Assembly (NCBI GenBank): GCA_964591245.1
Contig: CAZPZZ010000001.1
Location: 1-59,835, forward strand
Length of the DNA stretch: 59,835 bases
Source of the DNA: an uncultured Vicinamibacteraceae bacterium
Lineage (GTDB): Bacteria; Acidobacteriota; Vicinamibacteria; Vicinamibacterales; UBA8438
Direction of reading: 5' to 3'
Shown: positions 48,453-57,820 of the stretch, piece by piece
How the letters are laid out: every line of letters starts with the position of its first letter
How positions within the stretch are numbered: position 1 is the stretch's first letter
Position numbers and translations under genes: made by a program
The notes under the pieces: generated by a model
Told to the model about the DNA's origin: nothing
Databases searched by the model: none
What the model saw: only the letters and a program-made list of their open reading frames with translations

Positions 48453-49451
48453 ATGATCACCCGACCACTAGCCCTGCTCGTCGCCGTAATAACCTACTCG
48501 CTGCTGCTCACCAACGCGGCACTCGCCCAAAGCGAATCGACGTTGAAGACTCCACACGGTCATCCAGACATCAGTGGCGTCTGGGACTTTCGCACCGTCA
48601 CTCCGTTAGAACGCCCAGAGGAATTCGCTGACCAGCCGTTCCTCTCCGCAGAAGAGGTCGCCACCTACGCCGCAGAGCGGGTACGGGCTAACAACGCCGA
48701 TCTCGATCGCGAGGCAAAAAAGCTGGTCACGACCGACCGCGGTCAGGTCAACGGAACCCGGGAAAGCCGAGATCTTGCCCTGGCCTACAACAATTTCTGG
48801 TGGGATCGCGGTACCGGAGTGGTCGAAACTCGCCGCACCTCGCTCGTGGTAGATCCACCGAACGGTCGACTGCCGGCCCTGACTGAGATGGCTGCCGCCC
48901 GACGGGATGAACGGACCCGCATCAACCAGCGCGCCACTGAAGGTCCTGAGGATCGCCCTCTCGGCGAGCGCTGCATCACCGGCTTCAACTCAGGCCCCCC
49001 GATGCTTCCGGCGGCCTACAACATGAATGTCCAGATCTTTCAAAACGCTGACTATGTCGTACTTCTGAACGAGATGGTCCACAACGCGCGGATCATTCCA
49101 CTCGACGGCAGTGGTCATGGCACCGTTCCACTGTGGACTGGCGTTTCACGCGGATACTGGGAAGGAGCCACGCTCGTCGTCGAAACAAAGAATTTCCTCC
49201 GCGAGACCAGCTTCCGAGACTCGAGCAAGAACCTCCACCTCGTAGAGCGTTTTCAGCGGACAAGCGACGACGGGCTGATGTACTCGTTCACCGTCAGTGA
49301 TCCCACTACCTGGACGCAGCCATGGTCGGTGGAGCTTCCCATGCAGCGGAGCGACCTTCCGATGTTCGAATACGCCTGCCACGAAGGCAACTACGGCATG
49401 GATGGCACCCTGACTGGTGCTCGGGCAATCGAACGAAACTCCGGCGAATAG
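48453..49451 (+). CDS. Uncharacterised exported protein, 'EYACHEGNY' family, paralog 4
   Basis: TPHGHPDISGVWDFRT, YNNFW, RCITGFNSGPP, NEMVHNARIIPLDG and FEYACHEGNY; upstream GAGGT. Confidence 0.85.
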   Translation: MITRPLALLVAVITYSLLLTNAALAQSESTLKTPHGHPDISGVWDFRTVTPLERPEEFADQPFLSAEEVATYAAERVRANNADLDREAKKLVTTDRGQVNGTRESRDLALAYNNFWWDRGTGVVETRRTSLVVDPPNGRLPALTEMAAARRDERTRINQRATEGPEDRPLGERCITGFNSGPPMLPAAYNMNVQIFQNADYVVLLNEMVHNARIIPLDGSGHGTVPLWTGVSRGYWEGATLVVETKNFLRETSFRDSSKNLHLVERFQRTSDDGLMYSFTVSDPTTWTQPWSVELPMQRSDLPMFEYACHEGNYGMDGTLTGARAIERNSGE

Positions 49452-49598
49452 CGCTTCGGCCGGACCAGGGACGGTCTGGTCCGGCTTCAACACAGATCCG
49501 AATGAATCTGCTGGGGGGAAGATGGCGTAAAGCCGTCGCCCCCCAGCAGCATGCCCCCTTGGGGGTCCACGACGGTCATATCCAGAGGGTAGCCCGGC

Positions 49599-51941
49599 GT
49601 GTCCACTGTTCCTTCCACTCTCGGCCCCTCGTTGGTCGCCCTCCTGGGCCCCACAAATACCGGCAAGACCCATCGCGCAGTCGAGCAACTCCTGCTCCAC
49701 CGCACCGGGATGATCGGGCTTCCGCTCCGCCTACTTGCCCGGGAAGTCTATGACAAGCTCACGGTACGCGCTGGTGAACAGGCCGTCGCCCTAGTCACCG
49801 GCGAGGAAAAACGGGTCCCCGCACAACCGCGCTACTGGGTCTGCACGGTGGAAGCGATGCCACTCGATCGACGCGTCGACTTTCTGGCGGTTGACGAGGT
49901 TCAGCTGGCCGCGCATCGGCAACGAGGCCATGTCTTTACTGATCGCCTGTTGCATGCACGGGGTCGCCTGGAGACCTGGTTTCTTGGCTCAAACACGCTC
50001 CGCCCTATCGTGGCGGACCTCGTACCCACTGCGACTATCCGGAGTCATACCCGACTATCAAAACTCCAACATTTAGGTTGTCGGAAGGTCAGTGGTCTCC
50101 CGCCACGCACGGCGATCGTGGCCTTCTCCATGGCCCGTGTGTACGAACTCGCGGACCAGGTGCGTGCCCGTCGCGGCGGGGCCGCGGTCGTGCTCGGTGC
50201 TCTATCCCCGCGTGCTCGTAATGCACAAGTCGCCCTCTATCAGAGCGGGGAGGTCGACTATCTCGTGGCCACCGATGCGATCGGCATGGGACTCAACCTT
50301 GATGTGGATCATGTCGCCTTCGCGGAACTGACGAAGTTCGATGGGCGCGCCAGCCGGCCTCTCGAACGCATCGAACTTGGCCAGATCGCCGGACGCGCTG
50401 GACGTCATATAAAAGATGGAACCTTCGGCACCCTGGCCCCATCAGATTCGCTCAGTCCCGCCTTGATTCGGGCCATCGAGGAGCACCGGTTTCCCTCCAT
50501 CCGGCGAGTCATGTGGCGCAATCGCGATCTCGATTTCAGCAATCTCGACGCCCTACTCACGACACTCTCCCGGCGCCCGACGCGGCCCACGCTTCGCCTC
50601 ACCGCGCCGACGGCGGATGGCGACGCTCTACGACGTCTGGCCATGGACCACGGCATTCGCGAACGGGCCGATACAGAGGCCGGAGTCCGACTCCTGTGGG
50701 AAGTGTGCCAGATCCCCGATTACCGACAACTCGTCATGGAAGACCACGTGGCGCTCCTTGGCGAAGTCTTTCGGCAGCTCACCGCGCCGAGTGGCCAACT
50801 GTCGCCCGATTGGCTCGGTGGACGCATCGGTCAACTGTCTCAAACCCAGGGAGATATCGACGATCTGCTTACCCGGCTCGCATTCATCCGCACGTGGACC
50901 TATATTGCACACCGGACCACGTGGATCGCCGACCCTCCCCACTGGCAAGGCCGCACCAGGACGATTGAGGATCGGCTCAGCGACGCGTTACATGCACTAT
51001 TGGTAGAACGTTTCGTCGATACGCGACGTACCGCATCCGTTTCTCAACGGCCTCGTCACGACGACAACCGCCTTCGCGATACGAGCCCTTTTGCGGTCCT
51101 CGCCCAATGGACAGCCAACCAGTCGACACCTGCGCCAGTGACAAGCTGGCTCGACGATCTGGTCGAGGCGTCACCCGCTGAGATCAAAATCGCCCCATCA
51201 GCACAGATAGTGTTCGCCGGCCGCCCCGTTGCCCGATTGACGCGCGGCGCCGATCTCCTGCGTCCGGACGTCGTGCTGCGTGACGAACTTGAGGCCGGCC
51301 GCGGTCTTCGGAGTCAAATCGCGCGACGGCTGATTGCCGCCGCCCGCGATCTGGCCGCCGAGGTACTCGCACCTCTCCAGAACGAACAAAGGGACCGGCT
51401 GAGTGGGGCCGCACGAGGCCTGCTCTATCAACTCGAGCAAGGTCTGGGGACACTCTCTGCGAGAGTCTCACGTCCCCAGTTACGCGCCCTGACCCGTGAT
51501 GACCGCCAGCAGCTTGCACGGTTCGGCGTTCGGCTTGGCTATCATCAGGTTTATCTCGCTCAGACCCTAAAACCCGCCATGGTTGCACGGCGTGTGGCAT
51601 TGGCCACCGCGTTCTGGGGCTCAGACGCGGGAACGACGTGGCCGGCCCCCGCCAGTGTCTCGATGCCAGTGCACGCGACGCGTCCCGCCGAGATCTACGC
51701 CGCTATCGGCTTCCCTCGTGCTGGCTCCCGAGCGGTCCGGGCCGACGTATTGGAACGCATCGCATGTGATCTACGTCGCGCAGCGCGGCAGGGCCCTTTC
51801 ACGCCAGACGACCAGATCCGCCAGCGCTTATCCTGCCCCGCCACGGAGGTCGAATCCATCGTCGAAGCACTCGGATATCGACCGGTCGGTGACGGGCGCT
51901 TCGCGCGCCACCGCAGGCGCAAACGCTCGCCTGCCGCGTAG
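49599..51941 (+). CDS. Suv3/MgpS-like SF2 (Ski2-like) RNA helicase
   Basis: LGPTNTGKT (Walker A), PLRLLAREVY, VTGEEK, CTVEAM, DEVQ, ATDAIGMGLN, QIAGRAGR and LWEVCQIPD. Confidence 0.85.
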   Translation: MSTVPSTLGPSLVALLGPTNTGKTHRAVEQLLLHRTGMIGLPLRLLAREVYDKLTVRAGEQAVALVTGEEKRVPAQPRYWVCTVEAMPLDRRVDFLAVDEVQLAAHRQRGHVFTDRLLHARGRLETWFLGSNTLRPIVADLVPTATIRSHTRLSKLQHLGCRKVSGLPPRTAIVAFSMARVYELADQVRARRGGAAVVLGALSPRARNAQVALYQSGEVDYLVATDAIGMGLNLDVDHVAFAELTKFDGRASRPLERIELGQIAGRAGRHIKDGTFGTLAPSDSLSPALIRAIEEHRFPSIRRVMWRNRDLDFSNLDALLTTLSRRPTRPTLRLTAPTADGDALRRLAMDHGIRERADTEAGVRLLWEVCQIPDYRQLVMEDHVALLGEVFRQLTAPSGQLSPDWLGGRIGQLSQTQGDIDDLLTRLAFIRTWTYIAHRTTWIADPPHWQGRTRTIEDRLSDALHALLVERFVDTRRTASVSQRPRHDDNRLRDTSPFAVLAQWTANQSTPAPVTSWLDDLVEASPAEIKIAPSAQIVFAGRPVARLTRGADLLRPDVVLRDELEAGRGLRSQIARRLIAAARDLAAEVLAPLQNEQRDRLSGAARGLLYQLEQGLGTLSARVSRPQLRALTRDDRQQLARFGVRLGYHQVYLAQTLKPAMVARRVALATAFWGSDAGTTWPAPASVSMPVHATRPAEIYAAIGFPRAGSRAVRADVLERIACDLRRAARQGPFTPDDQIRQRLSCPATEVESIVEALGYRPVGDGRFARHRRRKRSPAA

Positions 51942-51955
51942 CCATTTTCCTAGCA

Positions 51956-52378
51956 CTACTCGTCTTCACGTCCGGTCGCCGCCCGCAGGGCCTTCATACG
52001 ACCACGACGCCTCTTCGTCGTGAGGCGCCGCTCATCAACACCAGGGCGAGCGGTTGTCGGTCGGCGTCGCTTGGGAAGTTGTGCGGCACGCTCAAGGAAC
52101 TCGGCCAGGCGACGACGCGCCGCCTGCCGATTCTGTAGCTGCGTTCGGTGCTCGCGGCTTTCGATGACGAGAACCCCGTTCGACGTAATACGTCGACCCG
52201 CTTGAGCGAGCAGCCGCACCTTAACCTCCGGCGCCAACGACGAACTTGCCACATGAAACCGTAGCTCCACGGCCGTGGCAACTTTATTAACGTTCTGCCC
52301 ACCGGGTCCAGAAGCCCGCACGAAGCGTTCCTCGAGTTCACGCTCGTCGACGACAACCTTTGCAGACAGCCTAATCAT
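51956..52378 (-). CDS. arfB: Alternative ribosome-rescue peptidyl-tRNA hydrolase ArfB (YaeJ/ICT1)
   Basis: FVRASGPGGQNVNKVATAVELRF (GGQ motif), RTQLQNR and a basic C-terminal tail (KRRRPT..RRLTTKRRRG..K..R). Start ATG 52378. Confidence 0.92.
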   Translation of the reverse strand: MIRLSAKVVVDERELEERFVRASGPGGQNVNKVATAVELRFHVASSSLAPEVKVRLLAQAGRRITSNGVLVIESREHRTQLQNRQAARRRLAEFLERAAQLPKRRRPTTARPGVDERRLTTKRRRGRMKALRAATGREDE

Positions 52379-52532
52379 GAAAACACACAGAGGCCCGAGG
52401 GAAATAACATCGCCAAAACGATTTCCCCCCGGCATTCCGCCGGCCAGGAAGCCCTGACGGATGTCCTTGGTGCGGTCCTCATTGCCATGACACCGGGTAT
52501 GTCGGAGACGACACCATAACAACCAAACGAAT

Positions 52533-52550
52533 CGCGGTACGATTACCGCG
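52533..52550 (-). terminator. Possible terminator hairpin overlapping the amidase stop codon
   Basis: CGCGGTA-N4-TACCGCG, followed on the minus strand by ATTCGTTTGGTTGTT. Confidence 0.4.
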
Positions 52551-54144
52551 GGAGTTCCGGAGTCGTCGACGGCAGCTGGCGTCGTTGGGTTCCTTGCTCA
52601 TAGGCGTAGCCCAGACGCAGCAGCTTGGCCTCCTCAAAGGGGACACTCAGGAATTCGAGCCCCACGGGAAGGCCTCCGGTCGTGAACCCTGCTGGCACCG
52701 TCAGCGCAGGAAAGCCAGTGACTGGACTCAGGTATCGATTGTTACCCAGGGCGTAGGCATCGGTCGTTTCCGGGTTGGTGAGTACGTCAGCTGCGATCGG
52801 AGTCACCTCATGATCAAACGTGGCGTAGACGAGCGCATCGAGTCTGTGGTCGGCCAGCACTGTCAGGACTGATTGACGCAGACGCTCCCGTGCATGCAAG
52901 ACGTCAAGATAGTCAGGATCATCAGGTGATTTACCGATCACGCTCATGAGCCCTCTGGCCCGCCAGGGCGTCACCTTCCCAGAGAGCAGAATCTCTCTCA
53001 GCGTCCTGGCCGGAGCCTGCCGGAGTTCAGCCAGATACGCATCAGTCGCCTGTTCTGTCTCAAAATTATTTCGAGCATATGTCTGCTGTACGGTGTCCAG
53101 GTGGGGGACAACTACGGGGTCCACGACTTCGGCGCCGAGTGCACGAAGGTCGGAGACCGCACGGTTAAATATCGTCCGTACCCGCCGATAATCATCTGAT
53201 GCGGGATCGGTCTTCGCGTCCATCGGCTCGCGAATGACCCCAATACGGGCTCCGCGAAGCCCGCCTTCGGCGAGGCCACCCGCATATGACTCCGCGACAC
53301 GCCCCACGGCGTAGGCCGTCACGGGGTCGTGTGGATCGTAGCCGGCGAGAACGTCCAGCAGAAGCGCAGTATCACGGACCGTACGAGTCATCGGCCCGAG
53401 CGTGTCACTGGACGGATTGGCTGGCATCATGCCATACCGACTGACCAGCGGTACTGTCGGTCGGAGTCCAACCAAACTGTGCACGGCGGCCGGTCCCCGA
53501 ATCGAGCCACCGGTATCCTCGCCAATCCCCACCAACCCAAAGTTGGCCGCAACCCCGCCCCCACTGCCACCAGATGACCCGGATGGATTCCGGGTGGGGT
53601 CATAGGCGTTCCTGATAATTCCAACGCCAGAGCCGACATAGCGTGAGGCAAACTCTCCCATTGTGGTCTTGGCCAGGATAATCGCCCCTGCCTCTCGTAG
53701 CCTTGTAACGATGGTCGCATCTCGACCAGTCTGAAAGCCCGCAAATACCGCCGACCCATACGTCGTTGGAAGATCACGTGTTTCCACCTGGTCTTTGAGC
53801 AGAACCGGGACACAATGCAGCGAACCACGCGGACCGTCGGTGCTCCATGCGGCATCAAGTGCGCGGGCCTCTTCGAGCGCAGCTGGGTTTATCTGTTGAA
53901 TGGCGTTCAATGATGGCCCAACTTGATCGTAGGCCTCAATGCGGTCTAGATATTGTGAAACCAATGCCTCACACGTGAGACGCCCATCCGCCAACGCACT
54001 GTGAACCCCATCGATAGTTGCTTCGAGAAGCCGGAATTCTTGAGCGTTGATCGTTGCTGTGACCGCCATGACGCTCACAATAACGGCAGCCAGCCACCAG
54101 TTCGCACCTTGCCTCACGATCGTTCGCACAGTATTCCTGGCCAC
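52543..54144 (-). CDS. Amidase signature (AS) family protein, exported
   Basis: VPVLLKD (Lys), GSSGGS (cis-Ser), GEDTGGSIR (Ser nucleophile), GLPVGLEF and signal peptide; GTG 54144 after AAGGAG. Confidence 0.88.
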   Translation of the reverse strand: MARNTVRTIVRQGANWWLAAVIVSVMAVTATINAQEFRLLEATIDGVHSALADGRLTCEALVSQYLDRIEAYDQVGPSLNAIQQINPAALEEARALDAAWSTDGPRGSLHCVPVLLKDQVETRDLPTTYGSAVFAGFQTGRDATIVTRLREAGAIILAKTTMGEFASRYVGSGVGIIRNAYDPTRNPSGSSGGSGGGVAANFGLVGIGEDTGGSIRGPAAVHSLVGLRPTVPLVSRYGMMPANPSSDTLGPMTRTVRDTALLLDVLAGYDPHDPVTAYAVGRVAESYAGGLAEGGLRGARIGVIREPMDAKTDPASDDYRRVRTIFNRAVSDLRALGAEVVDPVVVPHLDTVQQTYARNNFETEQATDAYLAELRQAPARTLREILLSGKVTPWRARGLMSVIGKSPDDPDYLDVLHARERLRQSVLTVLADHRLDALVYATFDHEVTPIAADVLTNPETTDAYALGNNRYLSPVTGFPALTVPAGFTTGGLPVGLEFLSVPFEEAKLLRLGYAYEQGTQRRQLPSTTPELPR

Positions 54145-54210
54145 GTTTTCTCCTTCTTTCAATCGAGTATCGCCTTGTCCTGGGAATGCCCCGAGGGAGC
54201 TCTCCAGGTC

Positions 54211-54216
54211 ATTATA
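54211..54216 (-). promoter_or_regulatory. Putative -10 element for the amidase gene
   Basis: Perfect TATAAT on the minus strand in a GC-rich intergenic region; no matching -35 seen. Confidence 0.3.
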
Positions 54217-54236
54217 GGTGTCGCACGAGGGAGAAC

Positions 54237-55670
54237 TTACCGGAGAGTTCCAGCGGAGGCGAACCCGTCCTCTAATAGCGATGCTATTCCCCGTCCCACG
54301 TGTTCGACCGCGTCTCGGCGAGCCGGTTCACTCACGCCGGAGGAACTGCGCGGCACTCCAAGGCGCGACCATTGCGGATGAACCCGCGCATTCGCCAGCA
54401 CGCGAAGCACATCTCGCGGAATCCGTATCCGCCCCTCATCCACCAGCTTCCCCTTCAGTCGCAGTACATCCATCGCCGCGTGCCCGCGGCGCAACAAGGC
54501 ACGTACCAACACAATCTGCCGTACCGCAAGCAACTCCAGCGTGGTTCGATCGCAGCGGAGTTCGGTGAGGCCGCGTGTACGGTCAAGCATGCGCCGTCCA
54601 TGCGCACTCGCCAGGCCGAAGGCGCTGCCGATGAGCGCCCCCGCCCCCATTCCAGTTCCAAGACTCAGACCTGCGAACGCCACATCAAGCGTCAACCCAA
54701 CCATCGCACCGGTGGCAGCAGCTCCGCCCGTGTGGAGCCCAAATTGGCGGAGCGCCGCGGGACTGAACAGATCGAACCCCCACACGCCGTTCTCGATCGG
54801 AAGCTCGCCACTCTCTACGTCTCCCGCGCGGAAGCGATGTAGCGCCAGAAGGCGTTCCACACATCGTTGCTCTCGCCGGGTAATCACCTGTTTGAGATCC
54901 TTCATCCGCGGGTTACGTCCAGACTCGACTGCATCACTCGGCACGACAACCGCGAATGTTGAGACATCAATCAATAGCTCCGCCACCAGCCCGGCCGAGG
55001 ATCGAATCAGGTTATGCCGTTCCGCTGCACGGTCTGACATCAGCAGCTTCAGCGCCTCACCGCGAGCGTCAAGCAGCGTTCGCATTTTCTCGAAGAGTCG
55101 CTCTTCACCCTGTAGATCGAATGCGACCGTATCGAATTCCGCGACCGCATGCATGTTCACCCGCGCCAAATGGGCGCGCCAGTCTGCTGTGCGCGCCTGG
55201 CCAACGGCAGTAAAGTTAAGCACCGGCACGATCGGCCTGGCACAACGCCCGAGCACCTCAAGCTCATCGCTATGTTTTGCGAGTACCCGATCGCGTGCAT
55301 CGATGACATAGAGCGCCACGTCGCTGGCCAGCACCTGACGGAGTGCTTTTCGCTCTTGGGAAAAGTGCTGAATCGCGTCGACAGAATCCAGAAATTCTCG
55401 GATAACATCAAGGCCGTCCAGACGACGTTCCCCACGTCTGGCATCAAGAGTTTCGAGTAGCCCAACCGAGTCTTCGAGCCCTGGAGTATCAAAAAGCTGA
55501 ACGACCGACTCCCCGCCCGCGCGGAGCACCGCCCCCTCGACGTCGCGCGTCACCGCCGGACCGTCGACGACATCCCCGAATCTGACGTCTCGCATGAGCG
55601 TGCGCATCAAGGACGTCTTTCCAGTGTTGGTATGCCCCACCACCGCCACCCGAAGCACCGGACGCGTCAC
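54237..55670 (-). CDS. GTPase / DUF3482 domain protein
   Basis: G1 GHTNTGKTS, G2 T (AVTRDV), G3 DTPG, VLNF (G4 region) and a C-terminal Gly-zipper hydrophobic hairpin (GGAAATGAMVG...GALIG); GTGA overlap with the upstream gene. Confidence 0.8.
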   Translation of the reverse strand: MTRPVLRVAVVGHTNTGKTSLMRTLMRDVRFGDVVDGPAVTRDVEGAVLRAGGESVVQLFDTPGLEDSVGLLETLDARRGERRLDGLDVIREFLDSVDAIQHFSQERKALRQVLASDVALYVIDARDRVLAKHSDELEVLGRCARPIVPVLNFTAVGQARTADWRAHLARVNMHAVAEFDTVAFDLQGEERLFEKMRTLLDARGEALKLLMSDRAAERHNLIRSSAGLVAELLIDVSTFAVVVPSDAVESGRNPRMKDLKQVITRREQRCVERLLALHRFRAGDVESGELPIENGVWGFDLFSPAALRQFGLHTGGAAATGAMVGLTLDVAFAGLSLGTGMGAGALIGSAFGLASAHGRRMLDRTRGLTELRCDRTTLELLAVRQIVLVRALLRRGHAAMDVLRLKGKLVDEGRIRIPRDVLRVLANARVHPQWSRLGVPRSSSGVSEPARRDAVEHVGRGIASLLEDGFASAGTLR

Positions 55671-57820
55671 CGAACCCTCTCCGTGGCCAGAGCCACATCG
55701 AGACGGTCCCGCAGTTCATCCAACCACCGCTGGCACATGGCCCTCTGCTTCGGACCAATGACGCCGGGTTCATCTGGATCGGACAATACGTGGCCCAAAA
55801 CACTAGAAATCTCTACTTCATCACGCCCCTGGAGGTGCAGGATGAGCGCAAAAAGCACGGCAGGACGGACGCCCTGGGCAAGGTCGTCCTGGACCGCATC
55901 CGCAGGAGGGCTGTCGACACCGATTCCCTTCAAGAAGGCGGCAAGACCGGCGCCGCCCGCCGCCCAAACTGGAAATACGGCAAACGCCGCAGGGGTAAGA
56001 AGCGTTCCCACCGCGAGACACCCCAACCCACCGGCCGCTGCCCCCGCTGTCATCCATCGGGAACTCGTACGAAGCTGGTCCGGTAACAGACGCCCGACCC
56101 GCGACGCACCATCACGAAGTACCCCAGCCAACTCCGGCGGAGCCACGTTTCGTACCCGGAGAAAGGCCCCTAGTGCCCGGGACTCAGACTGATAGAGACG
56201 GGCGATTCCACGATGCAGGCTGGCCTGCTGCTCGGTATTTGGCGCTCGCGCCCAGGCACCAACCGCGTCCACGATCAATGAAAAAGCCGGCTCAATGCGA
56301 CGCACCCCGATCGCGGAACCACCCACCGCAAGCAACTCTGCGAATCGTGCACGACTCCCATCCGTCACATAGTCAAGGTCGAGTTCAAGAACCCGTTCTG
56401 GATCAATCCCCACCGTCCCCGCCAGATCCCTCCAGCTGGCCACACGCTCGACAAGTTGAGCCGGTCCACCTCGATGCCGCATCTGGTCCCCACCCGTCAA
56501 AAGCAAAGCCATCGGCCCGGATGTCGCAGTCGCGACCTGCGCCAGAAACACACCCATTCCACGATCCGGCGTGGTCGTCAGTGAACATGCGACCACGGTC
56601 ATCCGTGGCGCATTACTCATACCGCCGAGTGCCTCCCTCACGTGATGCCGATCCTCACGGCCATCTACGAATCCCAGATCAACCCAGTCGACCGACGGCA
56701 CTTCCGGTGGCCACGCGACCGGTGGCTCAATCTCAAAACCGAGAATAGCCGGGGGCCCAGTTCCGGCCGTTACCGAGGTTATTGGCACCTCGGACCTCAA
56801 CACACCGATTGCGTGATCAGCCGATTTCCTATCTTCGACAACCCCGCTGGACTCCGCCTCCGGCATCAACCGTGAGCGGAGCCGATGGTGTCCCGGAGCG
56901 CTCGTATCAAGCCGAAAACTGTTCCACGCACGACGGCGCAACACGACAGACAAACCAAGCAAGAGCCCCCTCGGAACCAACCCGTAGACAAGCAAGGTCC
57001 CAACCAGCAGCCCCGACCATGCACGGGCCGCATCGGGACTCGTTGCTCCCCCTCCGCTCTCAGTCTCTACGACCTGCTGCCTCGTGGGGGTCTGAAATCC
57101 AATGGCTCCAGGGAACGTCCCAATAACTCCTGTGATCCGCTCATAGGCGCCACTTGAAAGAATTGTCGTTTCCCAGTTGAACACGTACTGCCTGGTACTG
57201 AGTAATCCGAGAAGCAGAACGAGCGCGCCCACATTGAACGCGAGCCATAGCCCATGCGTGATCGCGCTTAGGGTCCATCGTCCGACGGTCGCACGCGCGA
57301 AGACACCCGCATAGGCTTGAATTGCCGCAATGTGATGAGGACTATCGTGGAGGCGAACGGTAAGCCATCGCCCAGCGGCCAACACGGCTCCGGCCAAGGG
57401 CGTCGCCCCAAGTGACGCGGGATGAACCAGCGCCACGAACGCCCAGCCGAACAGCAGGAGAGTCTGGATTCCCAAAAGGCTCAAGAGAACCCAAAACACG
57501 TTAATCGGCTCTCCACTTGCACCGCCCAAAACGGCCCGGACCGCGCCCGCACCGGTCAACGAGGCCACGACCATCCAGCCAACCACGGTCCAACCCAAAA
57601 GTCGACGAACGGTATGTAGTGCGTCCCTGAGTGCGCTCGCCACCGAGAGCGCTGCACCTCGATGGCTGATCCTTGCCTCCAGCCTACCGCCAAGCCGGCG
57701 GGCCAGAGCCTCAGCCGGCGGCTCGTTCACCGGGAGAGCGCCATCCTCCTCGAACGCACGCACGGCCTCAGCGAGCAACCGATCGTCGGGACCAACCCCA
57801 GACACATCAGAAGGGATCAT
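55667..57820 (-). CDS. DUF2868 domain membrane protein with C-terminal extension
   Basis: AEAVRAFEE, INVFWVL, RWTLSAITHGLWL, STRQYVFNWETTILS and LLVYGLVPR...L; immediately upstream of GTPase/DUF3482. Confidence 0.75.
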   Translation of the reverse strand: MIPSDVSGVGPDDRLLAEAVRAFEEDGALPVNEPPAEALARRLGGRLEARISHRGAALSVASALRDALHTVRRLLGWTVVGWMVVASLTGAGAVRAVLGGASGEPINVFWVLLSLLGIQTLLLFGWAFVALVHPASLGATPLAGAVLAAGRWLTVRLHDSPHHIAAIQAYAGVFARATVGRWTLSAITHGLWLAFNVGALVLLLGLLSTRQYVFNWETTILSSGAYERITGVIGTFPGAIGFQTPTRQQVVETESGGGATSPDAARAWSGLLVGTLLVYGLVPRGLLLGLSVVLRRRAWNSFRLDTSAPGHHRLRSRLMPEAESSGVVEDRKSADHAIGVLRSEVPITSVTAGTGPPAILGFEIEPPVAWPPEVPSVDWVDLGFVDGREDRHHVREALGGMSNAPRMTVVACSLTTTPDRGMGVFLAQVATATSGPMALLLTGGDQMRHRGGPAQLVERVASWRDLAGTVGIDPERVLELDLDYVTDGSRARFAELLAVGGSAIGVRRIEPAFSLIVDAVGAWARAPNTEQQASLHRGIARLYQSESRALGAFLRVRNVAPPELAGVLRDGASRVGRLLPDQLRTSSRWMTAGAAAGGLGCLAVGTLLTPAAFAVFPVWAAGGAGLAAFLKGIGVDSPPADAVQDDLAQGVRPAVLFALILHLQGRDEVEISSVLGHVLSDPDEPGVIGPKQRAMCQRWLDELRDRLDVALATERVR

